The position numbers and the translations under genes were made by a program. Below, in pieces: positions 1-9,716 of a stretch of 64,000 nt of DNA (position 1 is its first letter; each line of letters starts with the position of its first letter). The notes under the pieces were generated by a model. The model was not told where the DNA came from. It saw nothing but the letters and a program-made list of their open reading frames with translations, and made no database searches. Source of the DNA: a virus (Duplodnaviria > Caudoviricetes); the IMG/VR virus record IMGVR_UViG_3300033070_001349, positions 32,001 to 96,000 of that record. One strand, given 5' to 3'.

Positions 1-166
1 GGTGGGCCCGGTCCGCCACCCTGATCCTCCTCTACACCGAGCGGAGCGGCCTCGTCCCGACCCGCGAGGCGGCCTGGAAGGGGGAGCGGTACTTTATGGC
101 GCACTTCCTGTGCGTCTACCACGAGGGCCTGGAGGGCTTCGTGCCCATGCCCGAACCGAGGACCCG

Positions 167-592
167 ATGACCACCCCCTCCGACTTCGACGTGGACCCCT
201 TCGGCCTCTCCCTCTTCAAGCCCTGCGAGCGGTGCTGGACCCTCTGCGGCCGGGACCCGGACGGGCTCGAAGTCCGGCACGTCCTCCCCTGCGGCCGGGA
301 GTGCGAGCTTACGGCCCCGAGTGACCTCTCCGACCGTTACACCTGTGTGGGGCGATGCTCCGCGTGCCGGGCGGCCGTGTTCGGGTGCTGGGGGCTCCGC
401 GCTCCGTGCGGGAAGGAGGGGTGCTCCCAGTGTGGGACGCACGCAGGTGATGAGTACGGGGACGACCTGTGCGGGCTCGCGCCTCCGGTGTCCCGGATGG
501 CGTGGCCCGGCGGCAAGGTGACCTGCGGGGTGTGCCTCAAGCGCCTCACGGCCTCATCGACGGCGGCTCCCTCCCCTGCGGTGAATCCGTGA
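167..592 (+). CDS. Cys-rich hypothetical protein
   Basis: ATG at 167 overlaps the upstream TGA; several CxxC pairs. Confidence 0.6.
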   Translation: MTTPSDFDVDPFGLSLFKPCERCWTLCGRDPDGLEVRHVLPCGRECELTAPSDLSDRYTCVGRCSACRAAVFGCWGLRAPCGKEGCSQCGTHAGDEYGDDLCGLAPPVSRMAWPGGKVTCGVCLKRLTASSTAAPSPAVNP

Positions 593-840
593 CGCGCCCC
601 TCCGAGCGATCCCTCCTCCGGGCGACCTGGGACCGAGACCTGTGCGACCGGCCCTTCACCGACGCCGAGCTCCAGACCGTGGAGAGCCTCCTCCGGGGGA
701 CAGACGCCACCGTCTACTGGACGGGGGTGTCGATCCATCGGTGGACGGTCGTAGTGACTACGCGGAGGGGTCCGAGGGCGGAACGGTTGCGGCGGTCCAT
801 CGGTAGGGTCCTCGGCCCCGAGTACGTGCCGGAGGCGTGA
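589..840 (+). CDS. hypothetical protein
   Basis: GTGA start/stop overlap; phage-like codon usage. Confidence 0.55.
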   Translation: MTRPSERSLLRATWDRDLCDRPFTDAELQTVESLLRGTDATVYWTGVSIHRWTVVVTTRRGPRAERLRRSIGRVLGPEYVPEA

Positions 841-844
841 GGCC

Positions 845-1357
845 GTGATCCTCTCCCTCATCGTGGCCGCCGACGAGGCCAACGTCATCGGCGTGGACGG
901 GCGCCTCCCCTGGAGGCTCCCCCGGGACCTCAAGGCCTTCCGCGACACCACCCTGGGCCGCCCCGTGATCCTCGGGCGGCGGACCCTGGAGTCGATCGGC
1001 GGGCCCCTCCCTGGGCGGACCAACATCCTCGTCTCGACGACGGTACCCGCGGCGGCCCGATCGTTCTCCGAGGCCATGGACCGGGCCGAGGCCGCCGCGG
1101 GTCCTGAGGGGGAGGCCTTCATCATCGGGGGGTCGAGCCTCTACTCCCTGGCGGCGCCGCGGGTGGACCGGGCCTACCTGACCCGGGTGCACACCACGGT
1201 CGACCTGACGGGGGCCCGCCGCGTGTCGAGGCTCCCGTGGTTCGCCGTCGAGTCGCGCGTCCTGAGGGCCCTGTCGACCACGGAGTGCCCGGCGGGCGAC
1301 GGCGAGGACTACGCCTGGACGCGAACCGTCTACGAGCTCGGGGACGGCCCGCGATAG
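845..1357 (+). CDS. folA: dihydrofolate reductase
   Basis: LIVAAD..VIG..GRLPWRLPRDLKAFR..T.G..VILGRRT.ESIG.PLPGR.NILVS; FIIGG; YLTRV. Confidence 0.95.
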   Translation: MILSLIVAADEANVIGVDGRLPWRLPRDLKAFRDTTLGRPVILGRRTLESIGGPLPGRTNILVSTTVPAAARSFSEAMDRAEAAAGPEGEAFIIGGSSLYSLAAPRVDRAYLTRVHTTVDLTGARRVSRLPWFAVESRVLRALSTTECPAGDGEDYAWTRTVYELGDGPR

Positions 1358-1376
1358 GCCTTTCGAGGTCTGGGCC

Positions 1377-1404
1377 TTGACCCTCGGGTTCCATGCGCTA
1401 GATT
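1377..1404 (+). promoter_or_regulatory. phage promoter (leaderless)
   Basis: TTGACC-16-TAGATT; ATG 6 nt downstream. Confidence 0.8.
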
Positions 1405-1410
1405 GTTCCC

Positions 1411-1572
1411 ATGAACCGAACCAAGGACAGGACGACGGCCCGAGGGGAGAAGCGGTGCCCCCGGTGTCGCGGGGCGACGCGGGTGGAACCGGCCGCCGAG
1501 GGGGCCTACCGGGTGTGCTCCTGCGGGTGGAGCAAGCGCCGCGGTCCGGCCACATCGGGCCCCTCGTCGTGA
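1411..1572 (+). CDS. 53-aa Zn-ribbon protein (not in ORF track)
   Basis: MNRTKDR..CPRC..CSC; starts at promoter, stop overlaps next GTG. Confidence 0.7.
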   Translation: MNRTKDRTTARGEKRCPRCRGATRVEPAAEGAYRVCSCGWSKRRGPATSGPSS

Positions 1573-2366
1573 CGGTCGCCCACTTCCTCCTCGGGGTCCC
1601 TCGGCCCCCACCGGGCCCTGCGCGGGACGTGTTCGAGTGCACGCACCGGGTCTGCACGGGGTGCCGCGGGGGCGGTCTCTCCATGGTGACCCCTCGGGGG
1701 CGCGGCGGGGCCGTGCAGGCGAAGTGCCCGGTCTGCTACGGCGCGGGCTCGGTCCGAGAGAAGGTCGAGGAGGCGGCCGAGGCCCTCGTCTCCCGGGGGC
1801 TCGCCGCCCTCGACCTCCTCGACCCCGGGGCCTCCCGGCGCCTGTGGTGGAACGGACCTGGGCCGGGGCGGGTGCAGTTCGGTCAGGGCGAGTGCGCCGT
1901 GTGTAGCTCCCCCGGGGGGTGGTACGCCCCCACCCCCGAGAGCCGGTGGTCCCGGAGCATGGAGGCGTGTCCGGCCTGCACCCGGCTCCCGCTCCCCCCG
2001 ACGGCCACCGAGCTCTACCACTGGGCCGTGTGGGGCCTCGTCCTGACCGAAGGGAGGGACCGGCCGGACCGGATCGAGCGGGCGGAGTCCCTGGCCCGCG
2101 AGCTCCTCCCCGGGGCTGTCATTCTGTGGCGGGTCCTCTCCGAGGAGGCGCTCCGGCGCCACCACCGGACGCAGGCCAAGCGGATGCTCACGGGGGCCGA
2201 GAAGCTCGCGGCCATCTTCTCCGGCCAGCGGTCGGGGTACATATGGCAGGACCGGCCGAGCTTCGCGAAGCTCTCCCCGGCGATGGACGCGATGATCGAC
2301 CTCGGGGTCGAGCTCCTCGGGGTCTACAAGGACGCGGTCGTCCTCGGGGTGTCCGCCGTGCGGTAG
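1569..2366 (+). CDS. hypothetical protein with DnaJ-type Zn-finger motifs
   Basis: CTGCRGGG and CPVCYGAG. Confidence 0.6.
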   Translation: MTVAHFLLGVPRPPPGPARDVFECTHRVCTGCRGGGLSMVTPRGRGGAVQAKCPVCYGAGSVREKVEEAAEALVSRGLAALDLLDPGASRRLWWNGPGPGRVQFGQGECAVCSSPGGWYAPTPESRWSRSMEACPACTRLPLPPTATELYHWAVWGLVLTEGRDRPDRIERAESLARELLPGAVILWRVLSEEALRRHHRTQAKRMLTGAEKLAAIFSGQRSGYIWQDRPSFAKLSPAMDAMIDLGVELLGVYKDAVVLGVSAVR

Positions 2367-2386
2367 CCTCTTTCGCTCAAAGGGGC

Positions 2387-2414
2387 TTGACTGTTGGTTT
2401 CTATGCGCTAGGTT
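2387..2414 (+). promoter_or_regulatory. phage promoter (leaderless)
   Basis: TTGACT-16-TAGGTT; GTG 6 nt downstream. Confidence 0.8.
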
Positions 2415-2420
2415 GTACGA

Positions 2421-2558
2421 GTGAGCAACGGCAAGCGCCCCAACCCTGAGCCCTCGAAGAAGTCGGTGCTCCGCGGCTACGACCGCGAGGCCCGGCGCAT
2501 GGCGAAGAAGGCGCGGCGGCGCCTCGGCCTCCTCAACACCGCACCGAAGGGACGATGA
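2421..2558 (+). CDS. 45-aa basic protein (not in ORF track)
   Basis: MSNGKRPNPEPSKKSVLRGYDREARRMAKKARRRLG..; ATGA overlap with next gene. Confidence 0.65.
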   Translation: MSNGKRPNPEPSKKSVLRGYDREARRMAKKARRRLGLLNTAPKGR

Positions 2559-2848
2559 CCATGGCCCTGAGCGAAAGAGCGCATAGACGGTCCCTCGTTC
2601 GTGCGGTAGACGAGGCGGCGCGTCGGCGGTTCGGACGACACGCGGCCTTCCGCGTGTACTGTGACACGAGCGACGGGGACCCTGAGGCCTTCGACGCCTG
2701 TCTCCAATACACAAGACGCCCCGCGGGAGCCTCCGGTGCCTGCATGTTCCCCGCCCCTCCCGACCGAGTCCTCACCGCCCCTACCGCCGTAGAGGCTCTA
2801 AGCCTCCTCCTCAACGCTCTTCTGAAGAAGGGATGCCCCCGCCAATGA
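2555..2848 (+). CDS. hypothetical protein
   Basis: overlapping start/stop chain. Confidence 0.5.
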   Translation: MTMALSERAHRRSLVRAVDEAARRRFGRHAAFRVYCDTSDGDPEAFDACLQYTRRPAGASGACMFPAPPDRVLTAPTAVEALSLLLNALLKKGCPRQ

Positions 2849-3510
2849 GCACCGACCAACCTACCGAATCCGACCTCCGCGAAGGCATCCGGGTTCTCGG
2901 CACCGTGCTCCGGCGCCTCCGCTGGGACGACCAGGGCGGCTACCCCGGCCTCTACAAGGGGGAGTGGGACTTCGCGAGCACGTCCCTCCCGCAGACCACC
3001 CCCGCGGAGCTCGACGCCCTCTTCAAGCTCGCGGGCATCGTGCCCGACGAGATCGTCCCGCTCGGGTCGTGCCGGGAGTGCGCTCACGCCTCGGACGGCC
3101 GCGAGCGCGGCTACGCCAACCCGTGCGGGGGATGCAAGCGGCCCCGTATGTCCAACTTCGTCCCGCTCGCGAGCGTCCGGGGGGCCCCGATGAGCGACCC
3201 GCTCCCCCTCTGGTTCCGCACCGCCCTTCGGGATGGCGGGGAGTGGAAGTCCCCCGAGGAGCTCGGGTGGCCTGCGGATGCCGCGGCGGTCTCGGAGGGC
3301 TTTCTCCTCGGCCTGCGCGAGCCCGACGGGGTCTACGACCTCCACCTCACGGCGTCGGCCGGGTCCTACCGCTGGAAGGACTCTACCGGGGCGGTGTCCC
3401 AGTTCGCATTCGCCACCCTCCTCGGGGAGACGGCTCGCGTTGCCACACGCGGTGACACGGTCGTCGGTGCGACCTGTCGATCGGCCACCCGCCCCAACCC
3501 CGAGGCCTGA
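2845..3510 (+). CDS. hypothetical protein
   Basis: ATGA overlap; CxxC pairs. Confidence 0.6.
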   Translation: MSTDQPTESDLREGIRVLGTVLRRLRWDDQGGYPGLYKGEWDFASTSLPQTTPAELDALFKLAGIVPDEIVPLGSCRECAHASDGRERGYANPCGGCKRPRMSNFVPLASVRGAPMSDPLPLWFRTALRDGGEWKSPEELGWPADAAAVSEGFLLGLREPDGVYDLHLTASAGSYRWKDSTGAVSQFAFATLLGETARVATRGDTVVGATCRSATRPNPEA

Positions 3511-3519
3511 GGATCCCCC

Positions 3520-3870
3520 ATGACCGACCACATCGGCCGTCTCACCGACGCCCTCGACAACAGCCTGCTCTCCGCGGGGACCATCGCGGACCTCGGCGAC
3601 CGCACCGACCCGGGGACCGACCACGCGCGGCGCGTGGCCTCTGACAGCGTCAGCTACGCCGCGGACCTCCTCAACACCTCGTGCGCCCTCCGGCGGCGGA
3701 TCATCGACCGACCGGCCTACGAGGGGCCGATGCCGGGGGAGACCCAGGAGAGCCATGTGGCTCGCTACCGGCGGGCCGAGGACGCGCTCCGCCGAGTCGA
3801 CGCGATGACCCGCCGACTCCTCCTCCGCTCGCTCGACCTCGTCCTGACCCCCACGCCCCAGGAAGGCTGA
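3520..3870 (+). CDS. hypothetical protein
   Basis: GAGG RBS; codon usage. Confidence 0.6.
   Translation: MTDHIGRLTDALDNSLLSAGTIADLGDRTDPGTDHARRVASDSVSYAADLLNTSCALRRRIIDRPAYEGPMPGETQESHVARYRRAEDALRRVDAMTRRLLLRSLDLVLTPTPQEG
3750..3763. repeat. dispersed 14-bp palindrome, copy 1
   Basis: GAGCCATGTGGCTC inside CDS. Confidence 0.85.
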
Positions 3871-3877
3871 ACCCGCC

Positions 3878-4237
3878 ATGTCCGTCTACGCCGCCCTCAT
3901 GTTTGGCTTCGTCTGCGACGAGCGGAACCCGACGACCACGGACCGGGCCCGGGTCGCGGCCCGAACCCTCAAGGTGGAGGTCAAAGAGGGCCAGAACGTC
4001 ATGGCCGCGATCTTGGCTCACCTCGGGCTCGTGGCCCTCCCCGGGGTCCACGTCGATCACCACGAGTACCTCGTCGGGGTGCAGTTGGCCGGGACCGAGA
4101 ACAACGACTTCTCTAAGGTCGAGCGCACGGCCCCGACCCACGAGGAGGTCGCACGGGTCGAGCGGCTCTGGCGGCTCCTCGGGGGGCCCGAGTTCGCCCC
4201 CGCCCCCGCCCTACGCCTCACCGCCTGGAGGGGGTGA
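3878..4237 (+). CDS. hypothetical protein
   Basis: codon usage, operon packing. Confidence 0.6.
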   Translation: MSVYAALMFGFVCDERNPTTTDRARVAARTLKVEVKEGQNVMAAILAHLGLVALPGVHVDHHEYLVGVQLAGTENNDFSKVERTAPTHEEVARVERLWRLLGGPEFAPAPALRLTAWRG

Positions 4238-4238
4238 G

Positions 4239-4739
4239 ATGGGCCGTCCCCCGTACGCATCCCCTACACCCGAGCGCCGCTCCGTCACCATCGCGGCCCT
4301 CTGCCGGGTGGGGCTCAAGCTCGCCGACCTCTTCGCCGAGAAGGGCCTTGAGGTGACGGACGTTCCGCGGGAGTGGCTCCAGGGCTGCGAGCGGTGGGCC
4401 GCCGGGGAGGGCAACGGCCGCGAGCTCGTCCGGTACTCGAACGCCCTCACCCGCACCTACGCCGAGTTCGCGAAGCGGGACGGGCGCCTCCCCGTCTACC
4501 TTCTCTTCAACTACTGCCTGAAGGTCTCCTCCGTGCGCTCCTATGTCTCCCTATACAAGGACCACCGACTCGGCGACCTGACCCTGATCCTGACCCTCGA
4601 ACGCGCCGGGGAGTGCCTCCTCCACCTGGGTCTGGTCACGAGACACGTTGACGGGAACCTCGTGGCGAAGCGCTGGTACCTCACCGAACGCGAGTCGACC
4701 CTCTTGACCAATCCCTCGAAGACCCCGGAGACCCCATGA
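4239..4739 (+). CDS. hypothetical protein
   Basis: GGAGG RBS; ATG at 4239. Confidence 0.6.
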   Translation: MGRPPYASPTPERRSVTIAALCRVGLKLADLFAEKGLEVTDVPREWLQGCERWAAGEGNGRELVRYSNALTRTYAEFAKRDGRLPVYLLFNYCLKVSSVRSYVSLYKDHRLGDLTLILTLERAGECLLHLGLVTRHVDGNLVAKRWYLTERESTLLTNPSKTPETP

Positions 4740-5758
4740 GCAACGACGAACCCGCCCTGACCGATACCACCCCAGACGCCACCGACGCCCACGCCGACTG
4801 GTGCGTGCGGCGTGACGGCGGGGCCTGTAACTGCGGCCGGGCCCGCAACGAACAGCTCCTCGGCCTCGCCGCCGTGGGGGTCGTTGACACCGCCCTCGCC
4901 GCCCTGACGGGCCTCCCGCCGCCGAGCGCGCCCGCTGGGCTCCCCACGGGTGCCCAGGCCCGGCGCCTCCGGGAGGCCGCCCCGCCCGGCCCCTACACCG
5001 CGAGCTACGTCTCGGAGGGCTCCTCGACGGTTCGGAACCGCCACGTCGCCGTCGCCCGCCTCTTCGGCCCGGGGCACGAGGAGGCCGCCTCGCTCCTCGC
5101 GGCCTCCTACACCCTCACCCTGGCGGTCGGGCACTACGAGCGGCTCTACGAGCTCTCCCTCTACAAGGAGCTCGACCTCCAGCGCCGGGTGGCGATGATG
5201 CGGCTCGCCGCCGAGGGCTACCCCGAGCTCCCCCTCAAGACCACCGAGGAAGTCGACGCCTCGGCCGCGAGGGGCGAGCTCTGGCGGTGCATCGTTGACC
5301 CCGTGTCAGAGCACCCGGCGCTCTGCGCGGACCACATGACCCCCGAGCACGCGCACGAGCACGCGGCCAGCCTCAAGGACTTCGAGGCGGCGGTCACCCG
5401 GCGCCTCGGGCGCAAGCCCCTCCGGGTCCGCTGGTGGCGGCTCGACGCCCGAGGGGCGGTCCTCCTCGAAGACCCCGCCGAGGCCCCGGCCCCCCTCCCC
5501 CCTCGGCCCGCCGGGCTCATCACGGGCGTCGAGGCCCGGAAGCTCCGTGAGGAGGCCCGCGAGTTCTACCAGAGCCTCCGGGCCGTCGGGGAGGACGTGA
5601 TCCTCGTCGAGGGCGACGGCAAGCCGCGGGTCAACGAACCCCCGGTCGCCGAGTGCCCCCACGGCGGCGTCGCCCGGCTCTTCGCTGCGGCCCCCGCCCT
5701 CGCCCGGACAGTCGAGTACCTCGCCGCCGTCCTGACCCTCGAACCCAAGGACCCGTGA
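4736..5758 (+). CDS. hypothetical protein with internal duplication
   Basis: PAGLPTGAQARRLREAA / PAGLITGVEARKLREEA. Confidence 0.65.
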   Translation: MSNDEPALTDTTPDATDAHADWCVRRDGGACNCGRARNEQLLGLAAVGVVDTALAALTGLPPPSAPAGLPTGAQARRLREAAPPGPYTASYVSEGSSTVRNRHVAVARLFGPGHEEAASLLAASYTLTLAVGHYERLYELSLYKELDLQRRVAMMRLAAEGYPELPLKTTEEVDASAARGELWRCIVDPVSEHPALCADHMTPEHAHEHAASLKDFEAAVTRRLGRKPLRVRWWRLDARGAVLLEDPAEAPAPLPPRPAGLITGVEARKLREEAREFYQSLRAVGEDVILVEGDGKPRVNEPPVAECPHGGVARLFAAAPALARTVEYLAAVLTLEPKDP

Positions 5759-6174
5759 TGCCTACCGCCATGACCTCCGAAGCGGACCCCAAGCTCCTCG
5801 ACCTGTACTCCGACCTCTTCGCGCACATCCCCCTCCGGGACATCAACAAGGTGTGGACCGACGCCTGCGAGGTGTGGCTCCACTACGCCCAGGAGCTCGA
5901 ATACACCATCCGGGCGCACAACGACCTCGTGGGGCTCCCCAAGGCCACGGGGTACGACGTGGCGTGCATGAACGTGGTCCGGGCCGAGGCCCGGCTCGAT
6001 GCCGCGGTCGACATGCTCCATGGGGTGCTCGCCAGCATCCACCCCGGCGCGGCGGCCTCCCTCGACGCTCTGCGGTGGCGCCCGAGCGCGAAGCCCCTCC
6101 CGTCCGGGGAGTACGAGTTCCCCGACATCGGACAGGGGCACTCCCTGTTCCGGCGCATCGGGGACAGGCTCTAG
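5758..6174 (+). CDS. hypothetical protein
   Basis: start overlaps upstream stop. Confidence 0.6.
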   Translation: MPTAMTSEADPKLLDLYSDLFAHIPLRDINKVWTDACEVWLHYAQELEYTIRAHNDLVGLPKATGYDVACMNVVRAEARLDAAVDMLHGVLASIHPGAAASLDALRWRPSAKPLPSGEYEFPDIGQGHSLFRRIGDRL

Positions 6175-6197
6175 CCTTCCTTTTCGACCTCGGCTGG

Positions 6198-6225
6198 TTG
6201 ACTCCTCGGATCTATGCGCTAGATT
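6198..6225 (+). promoter_or_regulatory. phage promoter
   Basis: TTGACT-16-TAGATT; short leader with GAGGAG. Confidence 0.8.
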
Positions 6226-6244
6226 AGGCAGAGGAGACCCGACC

Positions 6245-7285
6245 ATGCCCCACACCGCCGCGCCGACCCACCCCGCCCCGTCCCGCCCCGACTGGCGGGC
6301 CGTACCCTACGCCGCCGAGGTCATGGCCCACAACGGCCCCTGGCTCGCGTACCACGGCACCGACCCGGCCGTAGAGGGCCCCGTCAGCACCATCACGCTG
6401 CGCGACGGTATGGGCACCACCATCGCGGGCTACTCGCCCGAGGGGTGGGACGAGGGGGGCCGGTCCGCCTACGCCAAGCGGATCGGGGCGTTCCTGTTCG
6501 TCCCCGCCGACCCGACCCGCACGGCGATCGGGAGTCTCCCAGCGGCCGTGCCGTGGCCGGTCTTCGACCTCGGCGCCGCGGACCCCCAGCGGGTCGAGGA
6601 CGGTCTCGGCCGTATCAAGGCCTTCCTTACCGGCGAGGCGGTCCTCAAGGCCCCCGACGTGCACGGGGCCCTCCGCCGTGTTCTGCGGGCGGGCCGCGGG
6701 ATCGACACGATCGAGACCTACCAGCGCATCAACCGCTTCGGGCTCCACGCTACCCTCACGGCCCTCGGGTGGGCGTGCACTCGAACGGTCGAGGGGTCGA
6801 TCGAAGGCCAGTGGATGGAGGCCGAGGAGTGGCGGAAGCTCGCGGGGGAGCACCTCAATCGGGCCTCCTCTGTCTTCCTCCCGCTCGATCCGGGAGCGAT
6901 GAAGCGGTGGAAGCGCCACCTCCGCGAGTGGATCGCCCCCGTCGTGACGGAGGCGGAGTCTACCCTCTCCACCGAGGAGTTCCTGGCCGTGGCCCTCTTC
7001 ATCTCGGAGACCGGGGAGGAGGGCTCTTCGACGGGGGAGGCGAGGCTCGCGCTCCACGCGCTCGAAGGCTGGGCCGCCCCCGCGACCCCCGTCCCGCCCG
7101 CGACCGCCAACCAGGAGACCTTCAAGGCGGTCCTGGCCGCGCTCAAGGCGGAGCACGACCGGCTCACCGTGGAGGCCATGGGGATGCTCAGGTCCCCCAC
7201 GGTCCACGCGATGCTCGCGAAGATCCAGGGCCTCGGGGTGGCGATGGACGCGGTCCACGCCCTCGCGAAGAAGGCCACCCCCTGA
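6245..7285 (+). CDS. hypothetical protein
   Basis: promoter and RBS upstream. Confidence 0.7.
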   Translation: MPHTAAPTHPAPSRPDWRAVPYAAEVMAHNGPWLAYHGTDPAVEGPVSTITLRDGMGTTIAGYSPEGWDEGGRSAYAKRIGAFLFVPADPTRTAIGSLPAAVPWPVFDLGAADPQRVEDGLGRIKAFLTGEAVLKAPDVHGALRRVLRAGRGIDTIETYQRINRFGLHATLTALGWACTRTVEGSIEGQWMEAEEWRKLAGEHLNRASSVFLPLDPGAMKRWKRHLREWIAPVVTEAESTLSTEEFLAVALFISETGEEGSSTGEARLALHALEGWAAPATPVPPATANQETFKAVLAALKAEHDRLTVEAMGMLRSPTVHAMLAKIQGLGVAMDAVHALAKKATP

Positions 7286-7299
7286 GAGCCACATGGCTC
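7286..7299. repeat. dispersed 14-bp palindrome, copy 2
   Basis: GAGCCACATGGCTC, intergenic. Confidence 0.85.
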
Positions 7300-7321
7300 C
7301 GTCCGCCGCGGGAGTCCCCTC

Positions 7322-7585
7322 ATGCCCATCTACATCCAGAACGGCCGCCGGACGGTGGGGGACCAGAGCCTCCCCGTCCTCAACTTCCACGTCCTGACGA
7401 TCCACCTCGGGAGCTTCTTCGCGCCACCGTCTGACACCAGGGACGAGCGGAGGACGAAGGTGGTGTGCGAGCGATGCGGCGCGGAGGCCCTCGCCTTCAT
7501 GGGCGGACCCTCTGGGCTCTCCTCGGGCCTCGCCCACATGGCCCAGGCCTTCAAGGACCCGTGCCCCCGAAAGGACGACCCGTGA
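7322..7585 (+). CDS. hypothetical protein
   Basis: GGAG RBS. Confidence 0.55.
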   Translation: MPIYIQNGRRTVGDQSLPVLNFHVLTIHLGSFFAPPSDTRDERRTKVVCERCGAEALAFMGGPSGLSSGLAHMAQAFKDPCPRKDDP

Positions 7586-7630
7586 CCCCCTACACCGACG
7601 CCGCCAACCCTGCGTTTCGCCCCAAGGGGG

Positions 7631-7659
7631 TTGACTTTGTGGGCCCTATGCGCTAGGTT
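7631..7659 (+). promoter_or_regulatory. phage promoter (leaderless)
   Basis: TTGACT-17-TAGGTT; GTG 7 nt downstream. Confidence 0.8.
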
Positions 7660-7666
7660 GCTGTCC

Positions 7667-8479
7667 GTGATCCCAGCCCCTCCCTCGCAGAAGCTCCCCT
7701 GGTCCGCAGGCGTACTCGTGGCCCGCGACACCGGCACGACCCAGTACCTCACCGTGAAGTGCAAGGGGGGCTACGGGCTCCCCTTCGGCAAGGTCGATCC
7801 GGGGGAGCAACCGGCCATCGCCGCGCGGCGCGAGTGCCGCGAGGGGACCGGGATCGAGGTCCTGAGCGCGACGATCCTCTACGCCGCGGAGTGTGACGGT
7901 CGGTGGGCCGTGACCTACCTCGTGACCGCCTACGAGGGCGAGCTCCGGTCGAGCGCGGAGGGCGAGGCCCGGTGGCTCCCATTCGACTACCTCCTCGGGC
8001 CCGGGAGCCGCTTCCCCGAGTACAACCGCGGGGTCCTCGGGGCCCTTGTCGCCGAGCGCCTCAAGTGCGCCGACAAGCTCCGGGCCCTCGGTAAGGGGGG
8101 GATCGACTACGACTCCCCGCGCCAGACGCTCGCCGAGCTCGAAGCGAGGCCCGACTTCGCGGCCATCTCCCCCCTCGCTCACATCACCCCTGAGGCTCTC
8201 CGCTGGGTCGCCGAGCGCCGGAGCTTCCAGCGGGCCAACCCCGAGTCGTTCCTGGTCGAGCGCCGGGGCGCCACGGCCAACGCGCGCCTGTGGGTCCCCC
8301 TCCAAGGACACCCCGCGCCGGGCATCGACGGGGCCACCCTGGCGCGTCGATCCAGCTACGCCACCGCGGTTCGGACCTTCCTCGCCGAGCTCGCCACCCT
8401 CTGTCACGTTCCGCCCCACGTCGTTCTCGCCGAGGCCTTCCTCGCGCGGACGATCTTCCCCGAGGAGACCCCCCCATGA
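7667..8479 (+). CDS. NUDIX hydrolase plus unknown C-terminal domain
   Basis: GKVDPGEQPAIAARRECREGTGI Nudix box (one E to G). Confidence 0.8.
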   Translation: MIPAPPSQKLPWSAGVLVARDTGTTQYLTVKCKGGYGLPFGKVDPGEQPAIAARRECREGTGIEVLSATILYAAECDGRWAVTYLVTAYEGELRSSAEGEARWLPFDYLLGPGSRFPEYNRGVLGALVAERLKCADKLRALGKGGIDYDSPRQTLAELEARPDFAAISPLAHITPEALRWVAERRSFQRANPESFLVERRGATANARLWVPLQGHPAPGIDGATLARRSSYATAVRTFLAELATLCHVPPHVVLAEAFLARTIFPEETPP

Positions 8480-8850
8480 CCGACACCCCCATCACGCCCC
8501 CCGAGGGCGACACGCCCCCCGAACCCCACACCGAGAAGCGCCACGGGCGCCCCCCCGTCGAGTTCGACCGCGACGCCGCGATGCAGCGCGTGGCCGCGGG
8601 CACCTCCACGGCGAAGGTCGCCCTGGAGTTCAAGGTCCACCGATCGGTCATCGACCGCGAGGTTCGCGCCCGCGGGGGCCTCGCGACGCTCCGCGCCCCC
8701 ATCCCCCGCACCGGCCTCGCCCCCCGGAACGAAGAGCTCCGGCGCAAGGTGGCCGAGCTCGTCGACCAGGGGCTCAAGCAGTCGGCCATCGCGAAGGCGC
8801 TCAAGGTGTCCAAGCAGCGGGTCTCCCAGATCCTGAACGAGACGACGTGA
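8476..8850 (+). CDS. double HTH DNA-binding protein
   Basis: STAKVALEFKVHRSVI and QSAIAKALKVSKQRVSQIL. Confidence 0.75.
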   Translation: MTDTPITPPEGDTPPEPHTEKRHGRPPVEFDRDAAMQRVAAGTSTAKVALEFKVHRSVIDREVRARGGLATLRAPIPRTGLAPRNEELRRKVAELVDQGLKQSAIAKALKVSKQRVSQILNETT

Positions 8851-9716
8851 GCGACCCCGTCATCCCCGTCCCGAGCTCGGCCGACCCGGTCGAGGCCTTC
8901 CTCTCGACCCTCAAGTCGGGGCCGCGCAAGACCGCCGCCCGGCGCCTCGCCTCCCCCATGAGCACGGGTACCCTCGCGGTCTTCGTCGACCGGCTCATCG
9001 CGGACGGCTACACCCTCGACCGGCTCGCCCTGAGCGACGGGGCCGAGACCCGCAGGCTCCACGAGAGAGCCGCCGCCCTCTCGCGCGAAGCCCCCCTCGG
9101 GAACCCGAAGCACCCGCAGAGCATCGCCCTGGCCGAGACCAGGGCCCTCATCGCCCTCGGGGTCTACCAGGAGACCCGGCGCCTCCGGCACCCCTCCGGC
9201 GCCTCCTACTGGGAGGACACCCTCGGGAAGATCGCCTTCGACTACGCCGAACACAGGATGGAGGGCCTCACGGGGGCGAAGGTCCCGGGCCTCCCCGAGG
9301 GGGTCGGAGTGTCCGTCCCGGTCTCCGTCGGCGGCGGTCGGTCGGGGTGGCTCTCCCTCCGGGGGAAGCACCGGCTCCTCGAACTCCCGGGCGGTCGCGT
9401 CGAGCCGGGCGAGAGGCCCGTAGACGCCGCGGTCCGCGAGCTCTTTGAGGAGACGGGCTTCCGGGTCTCGCGCAGTGACCTCGTGTGCCTGTGGACCGGG
9501 ATCATCAACAACGGGGAGAACTCCTACGCCCGGGTCCACCAGTACCTGCACCCTGCGGGGATCGCGGCGGCGCAGGCGCGCGAGCTCCGCACGGAGACCG
9601 GGGGCCGATGCCTCGTCTCCACCGCGGAGGAGCTCTCAGCGCCCACGGCCCGGTTCCCCGCCCTCTACCGCCTCGTCCTGACCCTGGCGGCCAAGCCCAT
9701 CCCCCCGAAGCGGTGA
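8847..9716 (+). CDS. C-terminal NUDIX hydrolase
   Basis: PGGRVEPGERPVDAAVRELFEETGF. Confidence 0.85.
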   Translation: MSDPVIPVPSSADPVEAFLSTLKSGPRKTAARRLASPMSTGTLAVFVDRLIADGYTLDRLALSDGAETRRLHERAAALSREAPLGNPKHPQSIALAETRALIALGVYQETRRLRHPSGASYWEDTLGKIAFDYAEHRMEGLTGAKVPGLPEGVGVSVPVSVGGGRSGWLSLRGKHRLLELPGGRVEPGERPVDAAVRELFEETGFRVSRSDLVCLWTGIINNGENSYARVHQYLHPAGIAAAQARELRTETGGRCLVSTAEELSAPTARFPALYRLVLTLAAKPIPPKR